NCBI GenBank assembly: GCA_964348455.1
Contig: CAYGCQ010000002.1
Location: forward strand, 16,121-80,120
Direction of reading: 5' to 3'
DNA length: 64,000 nucleotides
From: an uncultured Pseudomonadales bacterium
Lineage (GTDB): Bacteria; Patescibacteriota; Microgenomatia; UBA1400; MFAQ01
The notes beneath the pieces were generated by a model that did no database searches, was not told the DNA's origin, and was given only the letters and a program-made list of their open reading frames with translations. Position numbers and translations under genes: made by a program. Position 1 is the first letter of the stretch. Each line of letters begins with the position of its first letter. Positions 47,499 through 55,198 of this stretch are shown piece by piece.

Positions 47499-47768
47499 TT
47501 GGCATTTGGTTTCGCCAAAATTGCCAATGTCGATGGTTCTCCAAGATTTTTGATGTGCCAAGAATTTCATGAACGAATCCGCATAACTGACAATCTCTCG
47601 GTGCACCCAGTAATTCTGAACGGGGTTCCGATCCAAGAAGAATCTGAGAAATCTTTTAGTTATGGAGATGTTCTGCAGGTTCATTACACATACACCGACA
47701 ATCAGCTACTCTCTCGAGACACTGTGGTCCTGGTCCCAGAAGGAACGCCGGCTCAGTTCCGAGCTTAA
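47499..47768 (+). CDS. small hypothetical protein
   Basis: 89-aa ORF followed by a terminator; no motif recognised. Confidence 0.3.
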   Translation: MAFGFAKIANVDGSPRFLMCQEFHERIRITDNLSVHPVILNGVPIQEESEKSFSYGDVLQVHYTYTDNQLLSRDTVVLVPEGTPAQFRA

Positions 47769-47776
47769 AGTCCAAA

Positions 47777-47804
47777 GGCCCCTAGTTATTAGGGGTCTTT
47801 TTTC
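47777..47804 (+). terminator. Rho-independent terminator (gcccctag-ttatt-aggggtc + T6)
   Basis: Stem-loop plus T-run. Confidence 0.5.
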
Positions 47805-47850
47805 ATGCCTGTTGGCAAATCCCCCCTTATCTGCTACAATACCGATTGAT

Positions 47851-48138
47851 ATGGCTCTTAAATCAGACACAAAAATAGACATCATTAAGAAATTTTCCGC
47901 TAGTCCTAAGGACACCGGCTCTCCTCGCGTGCAGGTAGCCCTGCTTACCTCACAGATCATGGAGCTCACTAGCCACCTTAAGGTCCACAAGAAAGATAAC
48001 CACTCCCGTCGAGGTCTCCTCAAGATTATCTCCAAGCGTCGACGCCTTCTTAACTACCTTAGTAAATCCAATCCCGCCGACTACTTAGACATCACCAAGT
48101 CACTTAAAATATCAAGCCAACTGCGCTCAGCCGACTAA
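47851..48138 (+). CDS. rpsO: 30S ribosomal protein S15
   Basis: ...DTGSPRVQVALLTSQI..LT.HLK.HKKD.HSRRGLL...S.RR.LL.YL S15 signature; start set at ATG 47851. Confidence 0.85.
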   Translation: MALKSDTKIDIIKKFSASPKDTGSPRVQVALLTSQIMELTSHLKVHKKDNHSRRGLLKIISKRRRLLNYLSKSNPADYLDITKSLKISSQLRSAD

Positions 48139-48267
48139 TTGTCTCCCGCCAAAGCGGGACTATCAAGTCATTTGAGGAGTAAATAGAGCACATCCCGGAT
48201 GGGGTATCTTCTTTTTTCTTCTCAAGACCTGTGGTGGAGCCAGATACAAATAAGAAAGGAACAGGAT

Positions 48268-50487
48268 ATGACATATCCATCCACCACCATTGTCCTCAAT
48301 GGTAAAACCATTATTATCGAGACAGGCCATTTCGGAGCTCAAGCTTCCGGCTCAGTAACAGTTCGTTGTGGAGATACTGTTGTTATCGGAACCGTTTCCG
48401 CTTCCAAGAAAATAAAAGAAGGTATAGATTACTTTCCTTTATCTCTAGAATATAAAGAAATGTTATATGCAGGTGGAGTTATTAGCTCCAGTCGCTTCAT
48501 TAAGAGGGAAGGTAGGCCTACCGAGAACGATATCCTTACCAGTCGCGTCATTGACCGTTCTCTAAGACCTCTTTTTGATCAAGGCTCTCGAAACGAAGTT
48601 CAGATCATGGCTTCTCCTCTTTCCTATGATGGAGTAGAAGAGCCGGAAATTTTAGCTGTTATCGCCGCCTCAGCCGCTGTTTCCATCTCTGATTATCCCT
48701 GGGCCGGACCTATTGGTGCGGTTCGTGTCGGCATGGATGACAAGGGGGAGTATATTGTAAATCCTACCGTCGAACAGAAAACTGCCTCACCTCTAGACTT
48801 GGTAATTTCCGGTCCCAAAGGTAGTATTTCCATGGTCGAGTCCGGGGCTAACGAAGTAACCGAAGAAAAAATGATCGGTGCCTTAAAGTTCGCTCAAGCT
48901 CACGTAAATACCATCGCAGATGCTATTTCAGCTTTCGCTAAGGAGCATGGCAAAAAGAAACGTGAATTGACCATTACCGGTATCGATGAATCTGTTGAAA
49001 AAATTGTCAAAGATGAATTCAAAAATATCGAAGAAATCTTGGTTAACGAAGCCAAGAAAACCGGCACTCAGGTATCTGAAATTACATCAGCAATTGCTGC
49101 CAAGTATCCAGATGTTAATCCAAACCAAATAAACGAAGTTGCCGATAATCTGCTTAGGGATTTGGCTAGATCTCAGATTTTAGATAAAAATATTCGAGCT
49201 GACGGTCGAGATGTCGAAGAAATTAGAAAAGTAAACATCGAGGTAGGATTGCTTCCACGTACTCACGGCTCTGCCTTTTTTCAAAGAGGTCTTACCCATG
49301 TACTTTCAGTAGTAACCCTTGCTTCTCCGGCCAGAGCTCAGACCATAGATGGTATGAAGGGTGAAGAAACCAGACGCTATATGCATCACTACAACATGCC
49401 GGGATATGCTTCAGGAGAAGTCAGAAGACCAGGAACTGGTCGCCGAGAAATTGGTCACGGTGCTTTGGCTGAAAGAGCTATCTTCCCTATGCTTCCAGAC
49501 GCAGCTATTTTCCCTTACACCATCCGAGTTGTTTCGGAAGTAATGTCCAGTAATGGGTCTACCTCCCAAGCCTCTGTTTGTGGATCCACCCTATCTCTCA
49601 TGGACGCCGGAGTTCCTCTCAAAAAGCCTGTAGCTGGAGTCGCCATGGGTCTTATCACTGAAGGAGACAAGTATGTAACACTTACCGACATTAGTGGTTT
49701 TGAAGATCACTTCGGAGACATGGACTTTAAAGTCGCCGGAACAGTAGACGGTATTACCGCACTCCAGATGGACTGTAAAGTTACTGGAGTTAACGCTGAT
49801 ATCCTCGTAGAAGCTTTAGAACAAGCCAAGAGGGGTCGCTTAAAACTTCTCGACAGTATGAACGAAACACTTTCTGCTCCAAGATCTAAGCTTTCACAGT
49901 ATGCCCCAAGAATTACCTCCACCAAGATTCCCCAACTGAAGATTGGTGAAATAATTGGACCGGGAGGCAAGATGATTCGCCAAATTCAAGAAGACTTCGA
50001 GTGTGAAATTGACATCCAAGAAGACGGCACAGTTACTGTTACCGGAAATGACCAAGCTAAGGTAGATGGTGCCATCTCTTACATTGACTCCATGGTTGCA
50101 GAGGCTGAGGTTGGCAAAACATACGACGGCACAGTTGTTCGCGTCGAAGCCTTCGGTGCATTTGTAAATATCATCCCGGGCAAAGATGGCCTGGTCCATG
50201 TCAGTCAAGTTCATCCAGACACTTTCCGATCTATGAAAATTGGTGATAAGGTCAAGGTTAAGTGCTATGAAATAGATTCAATGGGTAGAGTTAACCTCAC
50301 GATGCTGGAAGAAGGAGAATCTCCTATAAGAGCACAGCGACCTGCTGGCGGCTCAAACTCTGGTGGAGGACAACCTTCCGGTGGACGCAGCTTTGGCGGT
50401 GGTGGAGATCGGGGAAGTAGAGGGGGCGATAGTCGACCTCAACGCCCTGGCCGTCCTACCTTCAGTAAATTCCGCGATACCCGCTAA
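48268..50487 (+). CDS. pnp: polyribonucleotide nucleotidyltransferase (PNPase) with a Gly/Arg-rich C-terminal tail
   Basis: Two RNase PH domains, KH (IGPGGKMIRQI) and S1 domains; classic rpsO-pnp arrangement; start set at ATG 48268 after AAGGAACAGG. Confidence 0.9.
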   Translation: MTYPSTTIVLNGKTIIIETGHFGAQASGSVTVRCGDTVVIGTVSASKKIKEGIDYFPLSLEYKEMLYAGGVISSSRFIKREGRPTENDILTSRVIDRSLRPLFDQGSRNEVQIMASPLSYDGVEEPEILAVIAASAAVSISDYPWAGPIGAVRVGMDDKGEYIVNPTVEQKTASPLDLVISGPKGSISMVESGANEVTEEKMIGALKFAQAHVNTIADAISAFAKEHGKKKRELTITGIDESVEKIVKDEFKNIEEILVNEAKKTGTQVSEITSAIAAKYPDVNPNQINEVADNLLRDLARSQILDKNIRADGRDVEEIRKVNIEVGLLPRTHGSAFFQRGLTHVLSVVTLASPARAQTIDGMKGEETRRYMHHYNMPGYASGEVRRPGTGRREIGHGALAERAIFPMLPDAAIFPYTIRVVSEVMSSNGSTSQASVCGSTLSLMDAGVPLKKPVAGVAMGLITEGDKYVTLTDISGFEDHFGDMDFKVAGTVDGITALQMDCKVTGVNADILVEALEQAKRGRLKLLDSMNETLSAPRSKLSQYAPRITSTKIPQLKIGEIIGPGGKMIRQIQEDFECEIDIQEDGTVTVTGNDQAKVDGAISYIDSMVAEAEVGKTYDGTVVRVEAFGAFVNIIPGKDGLVHVSQVHPDTFRSMKIGDKVKVKCYEIDSMGRVNLTMLEEGESPIRAQRPAGGSNSGGGQPSGGRSFGGGGDRGSRGGDSRPQRPGRPTFSKFRDTR

Positions 50488-50494
50488 TTTATTT

Positions 50495-50540
50495 CGTCAT
50501 TCCGACCGAGCAATACGAGTGGAGGAATCTCCCTCCACCC
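50495..50540 (+). repeat. type A repeat directly 3' of pnp
   Basis: cgtcattccgaccgagcaatacgagtggaggaatctccctccaccc. Confidence 0.6.
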
Positions 50541-50543
50541 AAT

Positions 50544-50569
50544 AAAAAATCCCCAAATGGGGATTTTTT
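50544..50569. terminator. bidirectional Rho-independent terminator (aaaaaatcccc-aaat-ggggatttttt)
   Basis: Perfect stem flanked by A6 and T6. Confidence 0.7.
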
Positions 50570-50642
50570 ATTATCAAACCTATATCTGCTAAAATCCTAC
50601 TAGATAAACATCATTATCGTGTCTTTATAAGAAAAAAATAAT

Positions 50643-50667
50643 TCCCTACAAAAGTGGGGATTTTTTT
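50643..50667 (+). terminator. second terminator-like hairpin (tccctac-aaaa-gtgggga + T7) in the pnp-lon spacer
   Basis: Stem with one G-U and a T-run. Confidence 0.4.
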
Positions 50668-50794
50668 AAAGCTCTGGGATAACCCCTTATCAATCTCAAT
50701 TGTGTTTATTGGTAGAGCCGTCTTGGAATGGTATTGCAGGGGAGGAAGTAACCTGACGTGGCAATCTCTCACCATCTATATATAATGGTAACTG

Positions 50795-51868
50795 ATGGAT
50801 AACTCTGCCCTCGCCCCAAATGCGAATTCCGCCGCAAAACGCGATCTAGATCTGCTTACTCAAAAACTCGAAGGTGTCGAGATGCCGCCGGAGCTAAAGC
50901 TCAAGGCTCAAGACATGGTTGCTCGTTTAGAGCGTATGTTCTCTCAGGGCTTTTATTCCGAAGAGTTCGAAAAAGTTTCACACTACATAGATTGGATAAT
51001 CAAAGTTCCCTGGGTCAAGAGAGTTGAACGTCCCATTGACTTGACAACCATCAAAGACTCTATGGACAAAAGCCATTACGGTATGGAGTCGGTCAAAGAA
51101 AGAATTCTTGAATATATGTCAATCCTTAAGCTTCGTCAGTCCAGGAACTTGGGAGTTGCCCGTGCTCCAATTATTTGTCTAGTTGGTTTAGTTGGTACCG
51201 GAAAAACTACTTTTGCTTACGCTCTTTCGGAAGCTCTTGGTAGACCCATTGCCCGTATTCCCTTTGGAGGACTTGGCAGTGCACGTGACCTTCGAGGTGA
51301 ATCCCGTCTGCACATTGAGGCTGAACCTGGATATGTAGCCCGTGCTCTTTGTGATTCAGGGGTAAAAAATCCTATTATCCTTCTGGACGAAATCGATCGC
51401 GTCACAGAAGAAGCTCGTATGGACATCATGGGTGTTTTGGTTGAGTTACTCGACCCAAGCCAAAACAATCGTTTCTTGGACCATTTCATCGACTATCCGG
51501 TAGATCTTTCGGAGGTTATGTTTATTGCTACAGCTAACAACACTGGGAATCTAGCTACTGCTGTTATGGATCGTCTAGAGCCCATCCAAATGCCATCCTA
51601 CACAGATGAAGAGAAGACTAAGATCGCTCAAGATTATCTAATGCCCAAGGCCTTAGAATCAGCCGGAATGGACCCCGCCACCATTACCATCGACCCTTCT
51701 CTCTGGCCAAACATTATTCGCCCCCTTGGCTACGATGCAGGTATTCGTACTCTTAACCGCACTATTGAAGGAATTGTTCGCAAGGTGGCTATGATGGTTG
51801 TCACTGGTCAAGCTAAGACAGTTCAACTAACTCCAGACAACATAAAAGGCTTCCTACCTAAGTGGTAA
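50795..51868 (+). CDS. Lon-like AAA+ ATPase module with no protease domain
   Basis: GLVGTGKT Walker A, ILLDEIDR Walker B, sensor-2 and helical subdomain align block-by-block with the E. coli Lon AAA+ module; ORF stops at the AAA+/protease junction. Confidence 0.65.
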   Translation: MDNSALAPNANSAAKRDLDLLTQKLEGVEMPPELKLKAQDMVARLERMFSQGFYSEEFEKVSHYIDWIIKVPWVKRVERPIDLTTIKDSMDKSHYGMESVKERILEYMSILKLRQSRNLGVARAPIICLVGLVGTGKTTFAYALSEALGRPIARIPFGGLGSARDLRGESRLHIEAEPGYVARALCDSGVKNPIILLDEIDRVTEEARMDIMGVLVELLDPSQNNRFLDHFIDYPVDLSEVMFIATANNTGNLATAVMDRLEPIQMPSYTDEEKTKIAQDYLMPKALESAGMDPATITIDPSLWPNIIRPLGYDAGIRTLNRTIEGIVRKVAMMVVTGQAKTVQLTPDNIKGFLPKW

Positions 51869-51873
51869 ACCAT

Positions 51874-52282
51874 CGTCATTGCGAATCTCGGTACTCCGAG
51901 CTGTGGCAATCTCCCTCCACCTCATTCACACCAACGTTCCATGCAAATCATCCCATTTTGGATTCATCCTTTCAACAAATCATTCCTCCTCTTCCTCGAC
52001 CAAGATTTTATTTGCTTTTCCCTCTGAATTGCTTCAATCATTACGTCGAAAATTCGTAGTAAACAAGTTTGTTGAGTGAATATTCTTTTGTAAATCCTTC
52101 CGAAACCTTAATCTTATGTTCCCAAGATCTTCTTAGTAAATCCTTTGTTACTCCTACATAAATAGTAGTGTTGTATTCGTTAGTCATAATATAAATACTT
52201 GGAGTTTTAACCATCGATTTATTTAATTTATCTTTCGTGGATTGAGATTGCCACGTCGTAAATACACTCCTCGCAATGACGG
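51874..52282. mobile_element. about 410-bp unit bounded by imperfect inverted repeats (cgtcattgcga...gtggcaatctc; 51874-51921 and 52239-52282, related to the type A repeat) enclosing a frameshifted GIY-YIG gene
   Basis: Inverted repeats read directly from sequence; inferred MITE-like or small element. Confidence 0.3.
51964..52214 (-). pseudogene. GIY-YIG nuclease superfamily (COG2827-like, about 83 aa) gene disrupted by a 1-nt frameshift near 52041
   Basis: Frame 1: MVKTPSIYIMTNEYNTTIYVGVTKDLLRRSWEHK...KLVYYEFST*. Shifted frame continues ...MIEAIQREKQIKSWSRKRRNDLLKG* (GIY, YIG, R, E and REKQIK motifs present). Confidence 0.6.
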
Positions 52283-52286
52283 TATT

Positions 52287-53681
52287 TTATTTTTCTAATA
52301 ACCCAAGCATCCTTTTTTCAACAGCTTCCGCTCTCTTTTTGTTTTTCCCAAAAATTATGTATGACAGATATCCATCATGAAGTAAGTTTGATGAACAAAT
52401 TACCAGTCCCTCTTTTGATTTTTTTGAGAACAAAATCGGCGCCATCAGTTTATAGAGCTTTTTAAATGTCGTTTTTTTCTTCCCGGGAAGAGTGTGCATG
52501 TTTTCGCAAAGTACATATGATTTTTTCATGAAGTCTCTTCCTGCAAGCTCTATTGCTGTGTTATACATGTGAGTTCCTCCAGTCACTCTCACGTTTGATT
52601 CATTTACAAAGATCTGTCCTTTTTTGCCAGCGATAAAATCAATATCAAAGTAACCACGGTACCCATCTTCAGAATAATGTTCACCAATTAAATACCCAAT
52701 GTCAGTGATTCTCGAAGCCACTCTTTTTGGTAATGTTTCCTCCCCGATTTCGATTCCAGCGAACACCCCTTGCTTGTCTACCCGCATGCCGCAGTAATAC
52801 AGAAATTTTACTTCGCCATTTTTTTTAATTAAAAATTCGGAGTTAGGGAAACCTCCTCCAATCCGAGGGTTTGGCTTGACTAGTGACTCCACCACAATCG
52901 GAAATTTTTCCCAATATGCGTCCTTTCTCAGTATTTCAATTATTTTTTTCTCACATTCCGCAAATTTTTTAGGCAAGTCTCCTTTATGAAAAATCAAAAC
53001 TCCAGCCCCGGAGTGACCCTTATTCGTTTTTATAACAACTCCACCCTCCTTGATGAATTTATTTGCCGCAATCCCCGCGGTATCGATAATCCCGGAGCTT
53101 ATCACTCCACTTGGCATTTTCAAATCGGCTCTTATTGCACCATTTATTTGGGTCAGTTGACGAATACCAGACTTGCTTCCGTAAAAGTTAACAGTCCAGG
53201 CATCGGACTCTTCCGGCGCAAGCGGAGTTCTAACCTCTACCCCTCGATCTCTCAAGGTCTTTACTAGATATAGAAACTCCGGGGAAGTTGAATAGGAGGT
53301 AATTGAAAGCCTCTTATACTTCTTCTTCATTTTTACAAGTCTGTCCATGATATCCTTGTCCTCCAAAATATCATCGCAGAGTTTGCCTGTGTGTTTTTTG
53401 GTAACCAAAATTTCCAGATCTCTCACTTCACATAGTTTCTTAAAATAATCTACAAACAGGGGATCAATCGGCTTTGGAACAATAAAGGTAAATTCAAATT
53501 CCTCAGCCATCGAAAACAGATCTTTATCTGTCAAATTGGCATTTTCATCAATCTCCCATTTTTGAAGTTTCTTATCCCCATAGGCTTCGATAAAAGGCCA
53601 AACATCCTCAGAGCAATTAAATATTCTTATTACCCTTTCTCTTTTCTTTCCTCCAGGCTTATCTGCTTTTGTCTTTTTCAT
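52287..53681 (-). CDS. ATP-grasp fold ligase-like protein (N-terminal pre-ATP-grasp region + ATP-grasp core)
   Basis: ...TNKGHSGAGVLIF..., PIVVESLV, GYFDIDFIAGKKGQIFVNESNVR resemble ATP-grasp B- and C-loop blocks. Confidence 0.45.
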   Translation of the reverse strand: MKKTKADKPGGKKRERVIRIFNCSEDVWPFIEAYGDKKLQKWEIDENANLTDKDLFSMAEEFEFTFIVPKPIDPLFVDYFKKLCEVRDLEILVTKKHTGKLCDDILEDKDIMDRLVKMKKKYKRLSITSYSTSPEFLYLVKTLRDRGVEVRTPLAPEESDAWTVNFYGSKSGIRQLTQINGAIRADLKMPSGVISSGIIDTAGIAANKFIKEGGVVIKTNKGHSGAGVLIFHKGDLPKKFAECEKKIIEILRKDAYWEKFPIVVESLVKPNPRIGGGFPNSEFLIKKNGEVKFLYYCGMRVDKQGVFAGIEIGEETLPKRVASRITDIGYLIGEHYSEDGYRGYFDIDFIAGKKGQIFVNESNVRVTGGTHMYNTAIELAGRDFMKKSYVLCENMHTLPGKKKTTFKKLYKLMAPILFSKKSKEGLVICSSNLLHDGYLSYIIFGKNKKRAEAVEKRMLGLLEK

Positions 53682-53789
53682 TAAGTTATGTAAAAATATT
53701 CAATTCCCTATAAGTGTACTCGTCTAAATCCATTTGTAAAGTCACAATTTATCCAAAAAAAAGCCCTACCACGAGGTAGGGCATATAAA

Positions 53790-54068
53790 CTAGACGAACA
53801 CCGACCAAACCACCAGGGCAAAGAGTAGGTGAAACCCAAGTGACATCAATGCTCCTATTCTGACTTTATCATCCCCAAGCACAAGGCAAAATAGTAATCC
53901 GGCTAAGTACACCCAATCTCCAATCACCGGAATAAAGGTGATGAAAAAAAGGAAAAAATATGTAATAGTTCCCCATTCTTCACCGTGTATATAGGCAAAC
54001 ACACCCCCTACGATCAACAGAAACAAATAGATCGTAGTTAAGGACTGCATCATCCCAATAATATCCAT
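53790..54068 (-). CDS. small 3-TM membrane protein
   Basis: 92 aa, strongly hydrophobic; upstream, in the same operon, of the ATP-grasp gene. Confidence 0.4.
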   Translation of the reverse strand: MDIIGMMQSLTTIYLFLLIVGGVFAYIHGEEWGTITYFFLFFITFIPVIGDWVYLAGLLFCLVLGDDKVRIGALMSLGFHLLFALVVWSVFV

Positions 54069-54095
54069 ATTATTCTCCTTATGCCATCTCGCTTT

Positions 54096-54722
54096 TCAGC
54101 GATATGTGTAGGTTGAAACGGTGGTGAACACTTCGTTCACCACTTCATTCGGGTCTGGGTTGCTCAGCAGGTGAGATTCCAGTACGTAGAGCGTTAGACC
54201 ATAGTCCGCCGCCCTAAGCTTTGCTTCTTCTGCAAACTGCTGAAAAACCTGCTCGGAAGCAAACGTACTGGTACAGTGATCTGGGTCGATCATCGTAATC
54301 CCGAGGTTCTGGAGTGAGTCGCACCGAAATGCAACAATCTCTCCGTTTACAGGGAGAAGCAGAACGCTCTTGACTACTCCCTCCACCGTCACGTTCATTC
54401 TCGCCACAGTGGTAATGGTGATTTTGTCCTCGCTTCTATCCACAATCTCGCCTATCCGCACAGAGAATCCATCCTCCTCATACTCAAATGTATTTCCAAA
54501 TCCATATGAGTACTTGAAGGGGTCTCCCCCAACATTATGAATTCCTATAGCGTCGGTGCTATAGTGCTCTGTGTTCAGTTTCCAAATTACTTCCTCTTCC
54601 AGAAAAACGAATTCCCTCGGCTGCTCCAGTCGCGATGAAACCAGCATGTTGAGAGCAGCGAACATAATGATCACGACCCACAGGCATACCAAGTCGAACA
54701 CAAGCTTCTGTTTTTTGTTCAT
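54096..54722 (-). CDS. N-terminally anchored hypothetical protein
   Basis: 208 aa, one TM then a soluble domain. Confidence 0.4.
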   Translation of the reverse strand: MNKKQKLVFDLVCLWVVIIMFAALNMLVSSRLEQPREFVFLEEEVIWKLNTEHYSTDAIGIHNVGGDPFKYSYGFGNTFEYEEDGFSVRIGEIVDRSEDKITITTVARMNVTVEGVVKSVLLLPVNGEIVAFRCDSLQNLGITMIDPDHCTSTFASEQVFQQFAEEAKLRAADYGLTLYVLESHLLSNPDPNEVVNEVFTTVSTYTYR

Positions 54723-55113
54723 TTTATCTCCTCTTGAATTATAGGTTTAACGTGCACGAAACTGAGCTATATTATCCTATAGCTAATTCAAGATTGCTGG
54801 ACAAACAGCGGACTTGATATCTCAGATCTCAATGCACTATTTAAGCATTTTGAGGAAGAAAAAGTAATAGCCTTAGATCTTGCCAAAAAGCTTAGAGAAA
54901 ATATCATCGAGAAGTTGCAAAAACCATAGTCAGTCTTCTTTTGTGCCTAAAACAGATTCATGCTATAATAACCGTCAGTCCACGGAAACGTTGTCGAAGT
55001 GATTTGTGAGAATTGTAGAATCTGTTAGATTTTCGATCCCAACCCTTAGAAACTTATCCCGTAAATTAGGATTTTGGCGTGTTTCCTCGCCTAAAGCTAA
55101 ATGTATTGGTCAT

Positions 55114-55140
55114 TGTCATTCCCGACTTGATCAGGAATCT
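55114..55140 (+). repeat. REP-like hairpin repeat, type B (tgtcattcccgac-ttga-tcaggaatct)
   Basis: One stem mismatch relative to the copy at 60428. Confidence 0.55.
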
Positions 55141-55198
55141 ATATAGATGACCCAGCATTCAGTTACAATATTATTAGGAAAATTAATTACAAAAGATT

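Noticed and set aside
50700-50775. ttggtagagc and nearby sequence resembling a tRNA D-arm upstream of the Lon-like gene
   Set aside because: No cloverleaf could be built: no complementary acceptor or D stems and no T-loop; the adjacent acgtggcaatctctcacc is instead a partial type A repeat.
54840-54935. ORF-like segment in the 54.7-55.2 kb spacer (…LNALFKHFEEEKVIALDLAKKLRENIIEKLQKP*)
   Set aside because: No in-frame ATG/GTG start and it is preceded by an in-frame stop; possibly a gene remnant, but it cannot be supported as a CDS.
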